Source: Octopus sinensis (lineage: Eukaryota). Taken from it: 64,000 nt of DNA. The notes below the pieces were generated by a model. It had not been told where the DNA came from, searched no databases, and saw only the letters and a list, made by a program, of their open reading frames with translations. A program made the position numbers and the translations under genes. The stretch's first letter is position 1, and every line of letters starts with the position of its first letter. Positions 51,451 through 64,000 of the stretch are shown piece by piece. The stretch is taken from assembly GCF_006345805.1 (NCBI RefSeq), contig NC_042999.1:58528001-58592000 (forward strand), written 5' to 3'.

Positions 51451-52689
51451 TCTGTTCATGATATATCTGTAAAAGTATACACACATTTGTATATATATAT
51501 ATGTGTGTATGTACATACATATACACACACATATACATATATACATTGTTCCCACCACATATATATATATATATATAGGTTAGTTTTATTGATTAGAACT
51601 TTCGAATAATCCACGAGAAAAGATTTACTGACAAATAAAAGGAATTGTTTAGATGTAGGTATGGTAGTCAAACTTAATGTGACACTTTGAAGGATTATCT
51701 GGTTATAATGAGATGGCATTAAACAATTAATCATTCTTTTCTATGTTGTTTGAAATAGGATACGTTTAATTCCCTAACTGTGTACTTTAGTAAAAGCATG
51801 TACACGCGTGTATCTGCTTGAATGAGATAGTATATGCTTCAGGTGTATGTGTCTGTCTATGTGTGTGCGCGCATGCGTATGTGTATTTGTGTAATCAGGA
51901 TGATATGTTTCCGCAGTTCCGTCTTCGATCCCCCACCCCTGTTTTTGTCTCTTTTTATATATTCATCCCTTTCCTGTATTTATATGTCGCTATACGAGTT
52001 AAAATGAAAGCTCAATCATCTGCTATTTTTGAAAGCGGATAAAACGCGAATTCAGATAAATTGTCCACGCTCCAGTTACTACTTCCTGAAAGAGAGAACG
52101 ACCCGGAATCACCTATTCAAACAGCTTTCACATATGTGTATGACTTCATTTCATAGATTCATAAAACTTTAATATATTGCTGCTTAATATTCCTATCGGG
52201 ATGAGAACAAATTGTTGTCGACCTCGTTATTTTTAGTCATCCTGCTGCAGTAGTTCCAGCTTCCGTGGGTTTTATTGATATTGCTGTACAGTAATTTGCT
52301 AAAAATATTAAATCTAATAAATATTTCATTTGGCACACGAAGATGAACAGGAGAATGTCTATTGTCCGTCTGTTTAGGCCGTCAAGGGAAGAAGAGTGGG
52401 AGAAAGATAGATTCATTCCTTTTCGTGTTTCAGAATTCAAACTCAACTCGGTAAAATTACCACACTTTTCTCAGTAGCTTAGCTAGAGGTGAGCGAGATA
52501 CATTGGATAAAAGTAACCAAGGAAGGGTATAAAATATAAAACAAAACAAAAAACGAACAAACAAACAAGAAAAAAGGCAAATAAAGCAAACAAAAAACAA
52601 AGCAAAAGAAGACGTGGTTATGACTGGTGTGTTTCCAGAAGTCGGTTTCTTTGTTCAATACCGACTTGGGGCTAATCAATAATTACAAC

Positions 52690-53059
52690 TACTAGCAGTA
52701 TCGCCCGGCGTTGCTCGGGTCTGTAAGGGAAATAACTATAAAGCATTTTTAGAGAGTTATAGCCAAAAAATGGAAAAAAATGATGGTAAATTTTTTTAGT
52801 TAAAAAGGTCGAGTTGCGTCCCCTAGACAGCCTGTGGTTTGTGTTTCTGATTCTCAACCCCATGTCGAATTTATCGATTTTTTTTCAGAACTGGGGGAAC
52901 TTTGCAAAATTTTCGCTGCGTTAGTTTTGAATTATGACATTGGGCTATGTGTGTGTCAAGTTTCATCAGAATCGGTTGAAAGCCGTGGTCAGGGTGAGGG
53001 TACAACCTAACAGACACACAGAAACACACACAGTCAAACTGCCGTTTATATATAGAGAG
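52690..53059 (+). mobile_element. non-autonomous Helitron/Helentron-associated element (HINE/DINE-1-like)
   Basis: Starts TACTAGCAGTATCGCCCGGCGTTGCTCGGG (terminal hairpin), contains AAGTTTCATCAGAATCGGTT and an internal (ACAG/AC) microsatellite, ends TTTATATATAGAG. Confidence 0.65.
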
Positions 53060-53716
53060 ATTCCTAAGAAGGGGAAGAATCTCTGCATGTTCATTTGCTT
53101 TGCTAGGTATTGGCCCCAAATCGTTTTAAAAGAACCAGAAAAGGCATCGGATAATGTATGTAATTTAAAGTAAACTGTTGAAAGGACGGGATGTTTACAG
53201 CTAGAATGACATTCACCATAGATTTTTCGCACTAAGGGCTGATCCGAGAGTAAACAACAAAACAACAACGATAAAGCAACAACAAAAATGACGATAGAAA
53301 ATCTGCAGTTCACTGGTGGATCATTTAGCCATTGTTGTAGTCTCTCTCGGTTATTCAATCTAAAACTAATTGAATCATATGTGATTTAGCTTCTTGTGCG
53401 TAACTTACTCGTTTTATGGGCCTTTATAATAAAATGCAATTGTTTAGAATAATATACCATTATAGGAGCCAGAGAGATACGACTATTATGTAGTCGAAAG
53501 AACATTTTCCTCTATCCTCTATCCTCGTGTGTGTGTGTGGTGTGTGTGTGTGTGTGTGTATGTGTGGTGTGTGTGTGTGTGTGTGTGTGAGTGTGTTTGT
53601 GTGTGTGTGTGTGTGTCTTTTCGATCCTGCTATTTTCCATGCATATAAATGCGTTCCGAAATATAGCTGGACTTTAGTTTTGAAGCTCTGGCGAAGCTCT
53701 AAGTTGAGACACAATC

Positions 53717-53772
53717 ACTCATCAATGAGTGCAATGAAACTTACAGCAGAAACAGTTGTAAGCCGATGAAGT
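53717..53772 (+). ncRNA. decayed hammerhead-like relic
   Basis: ACTCATC-A-ATGA-GTGC...GCA-GAAAC-AGTT-GTA-AGCCGATGAAGT: outer helix I and helix II are retained and part of the core is deleted. Confidence 0.4.
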
Positions 53773-53938
53773 TCATTACATAATTTCTCGTTCTCTTGTT
53801 CATTTATATCATCTATTACACACAGACACACACACATTCACATATGTATGTATATTTGTATGTATGTATGTATGTTTGTATGTATGTATGTATGTATGTA
53901 TGTATGTATGTATGTATGTATGTATGTATGTGTATATA

Positions 53939-53974
<36 letters not shown>

Positions 53975-54359
53975 TGTATATACAAACGTGTACATTCACA
54001 CACAGGGAAATACACGTGAAATGGAGCATCGGGCATGATTCCTTGCAATATTTGTTCCAGCTTTCTGCGTTCTCGGTTCAAATCCTGTCAGTTAAATAGA
54101 GTAATGAAATAATTAGAGCGTCGAACAAGATGCCAAGTGATATTTGTTCCAGGATTTTGCGTTCTAAACTCAAATTATCCACTTTACTGGAGCCCCCACC
54201 GCGGGTGAGATCATTAGGTGATGCTGACATCGAGTTCAAATGGAAATTATAGAACACATATGAAAATCCAATTCACTCTCAAAAACTAATGTGGTGTGAA
54301 TACCGCCGGAGAGTGATGGCAGATTAATATACATATGTGCGTACTTACATAGATACACA

Positions 54360-54399
54360 CATTCATACATATACACATATACACACACACATGTATGCT

Positions 54400-54432
<33 letters not shown>

Positions 54433-54919
54433 TATATATTATATATATATATATATATACATATATATCTATATATATACGTATATATATATATGTACAT
54501 ATATGAATTTATACATACATGCATATGTATATAATATATAAGTTTATACATACATGCATGTATATATTATTGATATACATATATAGATGCCCCGCCACCG
54601 TGTGCACAGTATCTAGACATACATTTAAAGTCATAAGTTTAAATTATCTATGAACGTGTTTGCAAGTCTGTGTGCGTACATTTACCTGTGCGTGTACATG
54701 TCAGTATGTGTGAATGTGTGTGTGCGTGCGTGTGTGTGTGTGTATGTGTGCGTGTGTGCGTATGTTCTGTGGCTGTGAATGTGAGCGTGCATGTGTACAT
54801 GTGTATGCATATATATATAGATTAGTTATGACTCAATGCAGTTAAGAACAACCCATCATTCAACATCTTAGACACTGGTTGCATACTGAGAGCAGCCGTC
54901 TTCTCTAAAGCCATCTTTG

Positions 54920-54956
<37 letters not shown>

Positions 54957-55021
54957 TATACATACATACATACATACATACATATACACACACACACACA
55001 TATATATATATACACATATAC

Positions 55022-55060
<39 letters not shown>

Positions 55061-55173
55061 CATATATATATACATATATTTACATACATATATATATATG
55101 TATGTAATATAATATATATATATATACATTTACATACATACTATATATATATGTATGTACACTACATATATAA

Positions 55174-55219
<46 letters not shown>

Positions 55220-55520
55220 CATACATATATATGTCCAACATATATCTATATATATGTAAGTATATAGATAAGTATATATATTAATAATATATGTATATAT
55301 ATATTATATATAATATATATATTATATATATATACACACACATATATGTATATATACTACTTACACACAACACACACACACACACACATATATATATTAC
55401 CTCCCTTGCAGTGTTGTGCTCAACACACACACACACGCACGCACACACACACGTACTCACACTTGCTCACACATACTCCCAAACAGACAAACACTCAATA
55501 TATGCACAGCTGCATCCTAA
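54360..55520. repeat. complex (TA)/(CA)/(TG) microsatellite fields
   Basis: Directly visible, interrupted by short unique stretches. Confidence 0.9.
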
Positions 55521-56324
55521 CACCAACCGTTTTAATCTGATTAGAATCAGACAGGAGAGGGTGTAAGTCCGCCATTACCTTCCCCTGTCTGTTATATGAT
55601 AGCGTTATTCATCATACATATTAGTTATGCGAACATGGCGTATTTCCTATTCTCACAGCTATTAGGCTCCGTTTTACAGACCGCCTTCTCCACCAAATAC
55701 TTGTAGCTAACTGTTGTAAAGAAAATATAGCAACTCTTTGATGGCTATATTTTATTTATATAAATAGATGTCTCTAAAGCACTGTGTTTTTCCCCTATAA
55801 GTGTGCGTGTATATGTAGTGTAAACTTGTGTCAAATTTTCAAGTTAAAGGTAGTCGTAATGTTATAGCGAGCTTTTGCTTATTGTATTAAATATAACAAG
55901 CTAGGAGTGACGGCGTTGGTGTGGGTGTTAATGATTAAGATGTATAACCTAGGAAGTGCTGACATTGAATGAAACTTGGCACTATGAAATATATTGTTTA
56001 CGCACACTCTCACACACACACTTATACGAATGAGTCTTGTATATGGTCAATGAACTTGTTAAAAAAAAAAAACGCCAACCAGATCTTTCTCAGAACGCAT
56101 TTAGAAAGCAACAGAAGAAAGAACATCTTGGAAAATGTAACCACAGATTCAGTGTGAATGAGGAGGAAAGAAGAGGGGTTAGTCATTAATGAAATGTCTT
56201 TGACGATGGGTTTGTTGAAGTAGGTCTGAGCTCATGATGAACAGCAGTATAATGATCATGGACGACCACAACAACTTGAAGAAAAATCGAAAAACTATAA
56301 TAGACGCAGGCATGTCTATAGTCG

Positions 56325-56510
56325 TAGGCATTGCTCTGTTGTAAGGAGCTTGCTTTCCAACCACATGACACGTGGTTCAATCCCACTGCGTGGCACATTG
56401 GGCTGGTGTCTTCTATAGCCTCGGTCCGATCCAATGGGTTTGATAGACGGGTTGTGAGTAGGTTTGGTAGACAGAAACTGAAAGAAACCCTGTCGTGTGC
56501 GTGTGTGTCC
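56325..56510 (+). mobile_element. SINE family 2, 5' half
   Basis: GTAAGGAGCTTGCTTTCCAACCAC...GGTTCAATCCCACTGCGTGGCAC...GGTAGACAGAAACTGAAAGAAACCC. Confidence 0.75.
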
Positions 56511-57648
56511 TCCATGTACTTGAAGTATAGAGCGAAGGTATGTCATTGATGAAGTCACTAATGTCGACAAAAGAACTCTGACGAACCTAATCGATTGACT
56601 GCTTGATCGAACGATTAATCAAAGAGTCGATTAGTTAATTGGTTAAATGCTCAACAAGTTTTCAAATAACGGTAATAAAGAGAAACAGAACAAGGGAATC
56701 TGTTTATTATTTGGCATAGCAACCCTCCCAAGATTCAACAGAATCTGTTCCAACATACGATTTCACATAAGTAACGTTGCAATCCAACCGCAAAATCGAA
56801 ATATAAACAATCTTATTGAGAAAAAAGTGCACGCATACTTCTAGTTTGTTCGATTGCCGAACGCGTTATGTTCTGTGAAGCTAGAATTAATTTCTTTCAT
56901 AAGATTAATATTTAAATACATGCATCATGAATTCTGCTCGAAGTTGTTATAATAATATTATTCCTCCATGCAACGTTGATATATTACTAAAACAGTATAC
57001 AATGCTATCCGTAGAAAATTATATACAATGCCATCAGTCAAACGGTAGAAAAGGTCTCTAGGTTGCTCTGGGATAAATGTGAATAAAATATTATCTGATG
57101 TTGATCATATTCATAGAATGAAACACAAAGAATGTTGTTTGAATATTCGTACCAAAACTTCTGACAAGCACAAACGAAACACAAATTCTGGGGCAAAAAG
57201 GAATGTACTGTTATTATAGGTCAACCGCTCAGCGAACGTTAGCATTTATTTGAAAACCCTAAGAAATAGAATATTTATATACCACTGCTTTGAAATTTTA
57301 CAGCTTCTCTATCCATATTATAATTGGTTGTTTTCAATCCGGTTATGTTCTTAAGAGTCAAAACAGTAATCTCTTGTAAAGAAAGAGATCAAACTAGCAT
57401 ACACTCTGCAATTTGAATGTGTAAGTGGAATAGTGATAATATGCAAGGCTTCACTCTATTCAGCATGCAGCTCTTTCATTGTGGCTGTGATATAAATTCT
57501 ATCGATTGATCTTTGTTTCTCAGAAGAAGCTGATCCTTTCTTTATAGAAAGATTTGAAGAATTCAAACGAATTAAAAACAAGTATGCATGCAATCATGCA
57601 TATGTGTATGCATAGGTACATAAGAGCATAAATGCGCGCATACTCATG

Positions 57649-57698
<50 letters not shown>

Positions 57699-57977
57699 CA
57701 ACAATTGAGGGCAAAATTAATTAATTATTAATCAATTTCACCAAGTGTTCAGTATGCAAGGGACCATTCAAGGCGAATTCAAATTATTACATTATATAAA
57801 AGGGCTTAGTAAAATAAATTACTTTGCCGCATACTGAACTCATTAGAAATAGCAGCTAAAAAACTTTTTTAAGGCTATTTCTAATACTTAAAGAAAATCT
57901 CTCTCATTATAGTGTTTGCATAATTTAACTCACAAAAGTTTGGGGGTAATGACATCGAAAAATCAAATGCTAAGGTT

Positions 57978-58035
57978 ATTCGAGACGTACGTTTCAGATT
58001 AGTCAAAACAACATTTCTATCATCGGCTCGGAATT
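57978..58035 (-). ncRNA. hammerhead-like motif, monomer 1
   Basis: Minus strand: ATTCCGAG-CCGATGA-TAGA...TCT-GAAAC-GTAC-GTC-TCGAAT. Confidence 0.5.
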
Positions 58036-58417
58036 CCTTGGTTTGGATTTGGAAACACTGAAAATAAGAACATACCCTCTCGAAGATCTGCTCCCAACTT
58101 ACAGTGTCAACAAATTCAAAATAAGCAAGCGAAGAATCTCTGTTCTCCCCTTTCCACCAGCGTGGGTTAAAATCATCAAACTCTATGCTTATTTCGGTAA
58201 AGTCCGAAGCATTAATCAGAGGGAGATTAATTATAATTTCAACAATTGAGGGCAAAATTAATTAATTATTAATCAATTTCACCAAGTGTTCAGTATGCAA
58301 AGGGACCATTCAAGGCGAATTCAAATTATTACATTATATAAAAGGGCTTAGTAAAATAGGAGCAGATCTTCGAGAGGGTATGTTCTTATTTTCAGTGTTT
58401 CCAAATCCAAACCAAGG

Positions 58418-58480
58418 AATTTCCGAGCCGATGATAGAAATGTTGTTTTGACTAATCTTGAAACGTACGTTCTCGAATAA
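58418..58480 (+). ncRNA. hammerhead-like motif, monomer 2 (repeated at ~58961-59022, ~59504-59563, ~60046-60105)
   Basis: ATTTCCGAG-CCGATGA-TAGA...TCTT-GAAAC-GTAC-GTT-CTCGAAT. Helix I is CGAG/CTCG plus ATT/AAT, and helix III has a palindromic loop. Confidence 0.55.
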
Positions 58481-60299
58481 CCTTAGCATTTGATTTTTCG
58501 ATGTCATTACCCCCAAACTTTTGTGAGTTAAATATGCAAACACTATATATGAGAGAGATTTTCTTTAAGTATTAGAAATAGCCTTAAAAAGTTTTTTAGC
58601 TGCTATTTCTAATGAGTTCAGTATGCGGCAAAGTAATTTATTTTACTAAGCCCTTTTATATAATGTAATAATTTGAATTCGCCTTGAATGGTCCCTTTGC
58701 ATACTGAACACTTGGTGAAATTGATTAATAATTAATTAATTTTGCCCTCAATTGTTGAAATTATAATTAATCTCCCTCTGATTAATGCTTCGGACTTTAC
58801 CGAATAAGCATAGAGTTTGATGATTTTAACCCACGCTGGTGGAAAGGGGGAGAACAGAGATTCTTCGCTTGCTTATTTTGAATTTGTTGACACTGTAAGT
58901 TGGGAGCAGATCTTCGAGAGGGTATGTTCTTATTTTCAGTGTTTCCAAATCCAAACAAGGAATTTCCGAGCCGATGATAGAAATGTTGTTTTGACTAATC
59001 TTGAAACGTACGTTCTCGAATAACCTTAGCATTTGATTTTTCGATGTCATTACCCCCAAACTTTTGTGAGTTAAATTATGCAAACACTATATATGAGAGA
59101 GATTTTCTTTAAGTATTAGAAATAGCCTTAAAAAGTTTTTTAGCTGCTATTTCTAATGAGTTCAGTATGCGGCGAAAGTATTTATTTTACTAAGCCCTTT
59201 ATATAATGTAATAATTTGAATTCGCCTGAATGTCCCTTTGCATACTGAACACTTGGTGAAATTGATTAATAATTAATTAATTTTGCCCTCAATTGTTGAA
59301 ATTATAATTAATCTCCCTCTGATTAATGCTTCGGACTTTACCGAAATAAGCATAGAGTTTGATGATTTTAACCCACGCTGGTGGAAAGGGGAGAACAGAG
59401 ATTCTTCTTCGCTTGCTTATTTGAATTTGTTGACACTGTAAGTTGGAGCAGATCTTCGAGAGGGTATGTTCTTATTTTCAGTGTTTCCAAATCCAAACCA
59501 AGGATTTCCGAGCCGATGATAGAAATGTTGTTTTGACTAATCTTGAAACGTACGTTCTCGAATAACCTTAGCATTTGATTTTTCGATGTCATTACCCCCA
59601 AACTTTTGTGAGTTAAATTATGCAAACACTATATATGAGAGAGATTTTCTTTAAGTATTAGAAATAGCCTTAAAAAAGTTTTTTAGCTGCTATTTCTAAT
59701 GAGTTCAGTATGCGGCAAAGTAATTTATTTTACTAAGCCCTTTTATATAATGTAATAATTTGAATTCGCCTTGAATGATCCTTTGCATACTGAACACTTG
59801 GTGAAATTGATTAATAATTAATTAATTTTGCCCTCAATTGTTGAAATTATAATTAATCTCCTCTGATTAATGCTTCGGACTTTACCGAAATAAGCATAGA
59901 GTTTGATGATTTTAACCCACGCTGGTGAAAGGGGAGAACAGAGATTCTTCGCTTGCTTATTTTGAATTTGTTGACACTGTAAGTTGGGAGCAGATCTTCG
60001 AGAGGGTATGTTCTTATTTTCAGTGTTTCCAAATCCAAACCAAGGAATTTCCGAGCCGATGATAGAAATGTTGTTTTGACTATCTTGAAACGTACGTTCT
60101 CGAATAACCTTAGCATTTGATTTTTCGATGTCATTACCCCCAAATTTTGTGAGTTAAATTATGCAAACACTATATATGAGAGAGATTTTCTTTAAGTATT
60201 AGAAATAGCCTTAAAAAAGTTTTTTAGCTGCTTTTCTAATGAGTTCAGTATGCGGCAAAGTAATTTATTTTACTACCCTTTTATATAATATATATATAT

Positions 60300-60335
<36 letters not shown>

Positions 60336-60350
60336 CATAAACACATAGGC

Positions 60351-60392
<42 letters not shown>

Positions 60393-60980
60393 GCACATGC
60401 AAATATACATGGATATCCATGCAAACGTTCTTATATATGTCCATATGCAATCATAAATACACATACTTAATCAGATATTCATAAAAACATACACGCATGA
60501 ACATACATATGTATAGATGATCAGAGTAGGTATACAAACATACCTTTTCGATGAACGCCGCATAGGGGATAATAAAAGGTGTAAGACCGTCTTAAAATTC
60601 AAAGGGTGGATCGTTGTGCAAAAGATTACGGAAAGAAAAAAATCCGCACTTATTTTGTATTTCGTTCATCCATAACCTTATTACAAAGCAGGGGATCGAC
60701 TAAATTAAAGTTCAAAATTTCGGTTTCAATCGCAGTTTGTATATAGGCTTTTCTCTAGGTATGCAGCTATATGTATGAATATGCATTAGGCAAACAAACA
60801 GATATGCACATGCACACGGAAAACTTGCACACATACACATACATGCCCAACTGCTCTGTGTATGTTGTCGAAATTCCAGTGACGGTGCTTTGCATCTGTG
60901 TAGGAGGCTGGATCTTTCTCCATTGAGAAAGAATTTGGAAAGAAAATATTGGCAAAAACTAATAACTAAATAATAGCATA

Positions 60981-61640
60981 CCTACCTACCTACCTACCTA
61001 CCTACCTACCTACCTACCTACCTACCTACCTACCTACCTACATACCTACCTACCTACCTACCTACCTATCTACCTACCTACCTACCTACCTACCTACTTA
61101 CCTACCTACCCACCTACCTACCTACCTACCTACATACCTACCTACCTACCTACCTACCTTCCTACCTATCTACTTACCTACCTACCCTCAACAAACCTAC
61201 CTACCTACCAACCTACCTACCTACCTACCTACCTACCTACCTACCTACCTACCTACCTACCTACATACATACATACTTACCTACCTACCTAGCTACCTAC
61301 CTATCTACCTACCTACCTACCTACCTACCTACCTACCTACCTACATACCTACTTACCTACCTACCTACCAACCTACCTACCAACCTACCTTCCTACCTAC
61401 CTACCTACCTACCTACCTACCTACTTACCTACCTACCTACATACCTACCTACTTACCTACCGACCTACCTATCTATCTACCTACCTACCTACCTACCTAC
61501 CTACCTACCAACCTACCTCCCTACCTACCTACCCATCTACCAGCATATCTACCTACCTACCCATCTATCGGCATACGTACCAATCAACCAACCTACCTAC
61601 CTACCTATCTGCCTACCTACCTACCTACCTACATAGATAC
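60981..61640. repeat. ~660-bp (CCTA)n microsatellite
   Basis: Directly visible, with scattered variants. Confidence 0.97.
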
Positions 61641-61646
61641 ATACAT

Positions 61647-61960
61647 CAACGAGAAAAACATTACTGGCGCTGAACATTTGAGAAATCTCCAGTGAATCTA
61701 TCCAAATTACAATTTCAGGTTCATACCTGTAATTATTGGAGCCCTGGGATATGTAACACACTGCCTAAGTACCAATCTTGAGAAATCAGGCTTCTCAAAA
61801 CCAGAAAGGAGAAAGCTAACTTTCCAAGCCATCACTGGAACTATATATGAATCCGTAAAACCCCCCAGAAGTTTATCATCTAACTATATATGAGCATGTC
61901 TAGACATGCAACTATATGCATGAGAATACATACATAAAACATACAAATCTGCACTTATAC
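61647..61960 (+). mobile_element. REL-type LINE family B, short 5'-truncated 3' end
   Basis: Homologous to the reverse complement of 28425-28640 (CCTGTAATTATTGGAGCCCTGGGATATGTAACACACTGCCTAAG), preceded by TACATAGATACATACAT. Confidence 0.8.
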
Positions 61961-62689
61961 ATACAAACAAAATCTGCAAATCTGCACATGCACAGAATCC
62001 ACCCATCTATCGATCGAACCATCAAATGATCCATCCGTCGTCCGTCCGTCCGTTCATCCATCTGTTCGTAGATATATGCTTTCGCTGAGTGAATGTGTTG
62101 AAATACCTTAGAAAGTAAAAGCATTCTTACGATTCTGCATATATTATTTCCACATAAAAATTGAATATCTTTGGTTTTGTTTTTATGCAATCACTCAGGG
62201 TATTTTCTTTCTCTCAAAACAAAAATATAACACCCGACAAAACCACCATGAGAGTCTCTAGAAAGCATACAGGCTCAACAAATTATTTACAACAGACTAA
62301 ATCCGAGGAATATTTCATTAAGATTATGTATATTCTTTCAAATATATTTTCTTGCTTGTCGTGTCCTAAAAATTTTTCTGTGAGCAGATGAAAAAGAGAA
62401 ATATATTTAAACATAACGCATTTCATTTGTCAATACATGTAACGTGACATTCATATTTTTTTTTGTCAGTTACATCCAGTTCTTTCTAAGCCCTTTACGT
62501 ATGGCATAATTCTTGCTATTCTGAGAAGTATTATTTCAGCATTAATTTTATATAAATACACGCATATTTGCAAGTGTACATATCTGAAAAACAAACACAC
62601 AGCCTCACACACTCACAGTACAAATACGCGCGCGCGCTTACACGTATGCATATTTGTATACGAACAGATATATATGATCTGTGTGTACA

Positions 62690-62848
62690 TATGTATACAT
62701 TAATATAGATATTCACTCATATACCTATGTACATACAAACACAAATACACACACACACTTATATATATACATATATATATTTACATAAATACATATATAC
62801 ACACATGCAAATATATGTATTTATGTAAATATATATACATATATATAT

Positions 62849-62895
<47 letters not shown>

Positions 62896-63240
62896 CTTAC
62901 ATAAATATATATATTCACACTCATGCATATATATACATACATATATATACTTACATAAATACATATATCCACACTCATGCATATATATATATATATATAC
63001 ATATATATATTTGCATAAATACATTATACACACATGCATATATATATACATATATATACATACATGTGTAAAAATTTACATATATACACGTGTGTATACT
63101 TATGGACAAACGTATATATTACATGAGTATATAAAAGTTTCTGTATGAATATGTGTATAAAGATATGCATATGTATGTATGTATGCATGTGGGTATGCAT
63201 GTACGTATCTATGGCAGTGTGAACGTACAACAAGACCCAG
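62690..63240. repeat. complex (TA)n/(CA)n field
   Basis: Directly visible. Confidence 0.9.
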
Positions 63241-63580
63241 TGTTATGCGCCATATCTGGGTGTGCGTGCGTTCTGATAAAATATATATTTTAGAAACGCT
63301 ATGTAACTCTGTAATTAGATTTAAATTTTGATAAACAAGTAGAAGAATTATCCAAACTGTAAAATAAATTAACGAAATAAATAAGAAAAATAATAATTCA
63401 AGTCATAGAAAATAGGTTTCAATACTTTATTTTACTTTCAATAATATATTTTCGAAACAACTACTGACGTAAACACGAAATGAGAAGTAGAGAACCTAAA
63501 ATAGACAAATTCTCCGTCTCCCTCTCTCATATATAAACTACATACATACAACATACATACATACATACATCCATACATAC

Positions 63581-63626
<46 letters not shown>

Positions 63627-63878
63627 ATTATAATATGTATACATGTACATATGTATGTATATACATACGTGCATACTTATATGCGTATATAAACACGAAA
63701 GCATACGCATATACACATATATAATTAAAAATGTGTTTTAGTAAGATGAGGGTTGATAATTTTTTTCAAATTAAAGAAACACGCTTTTTGCAAGAGCATA
63801 ATCCATTAAATTTATACATGTATGTATATATTTGTATATATATCCACATGTATCAATATGTATGTGCGCGCGAGTGAT

Positions 63879-63933
<55 letters not shown>

Positions 63934-64000
63934 GTCTATATGTGCGTGTGTGTGTGTAGATGCGTATGTGCATTGGAATATCTAGTTCCAGCTCTCAAAA

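Larger units (their letters stand above)
57692..60288. repeat. tandem array of ~542-bp monomers (~4.8 units) with an internal inversion, embedded in (TA)n; Penelope pLTR/retrozyme-like
   Basis: Block 1 (57692-58358) has period 541. Block 2 (58359-60288) is in the opposite orientation, with GGAGCAGATCTT at 58359, 58903, 59445 and 59987. Confidence 0.95.

Noticed and set aside
57881-60143. Repeated 68-124 aa ORFs in the 542-bp array as a protein-coding repeat
   Set aside because: Frames differ between copies through indels, and there is no recognisable GIY-YIG, RT or other motif.
57692-60288. CRISPR-like or bacterial/phage origin of the array
   Set aside because: It consists of whole-monomer repeats without unique spacers, in a clearly eukaryotic repeat context with no cas-like ORFs.

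Overview
AT-rich eukaryotic intergenic or intronic DNA, inferred to be cephalopod (Octopus-like) from its SINE families and extreme microsatellite load. No intact protein-coding gene is recognisable, and almost all ORFs in the track are microsatellite artefacts. The window is a layered transposon landscape: three tRNA-headed SINE families; REL-type non-LTR retrotransposon fragments (R4/Dong-like and HERO-like), two of which appear to target microsatellites; a Tx1/L1 relic; an old RTE/RTE-X LINE interrupted by a full-length 3.06-kb hAT element; mariner/Tc1 relics; MITE-like foldbacks; a Helentron-type non-autonomous element; and a Penelope-like GIY-YIG fossil. The best candidate for an undescribed system is the 2.6-kb array at 57.7-60.3 kb. 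It is built of ~542-bp near-identical non-coding monomers, sits in (TA)n, switches orientation internally, and carries one minimal type-I hammerhead-ribozyme-like motif per monomer (retrozyme or Penelope pseudo-LTR-like). Three or four further hammerhead relics occur elsewhere in the window. All calls are by eye. Edges of degraded elements are approximate and family names need database confirmation.
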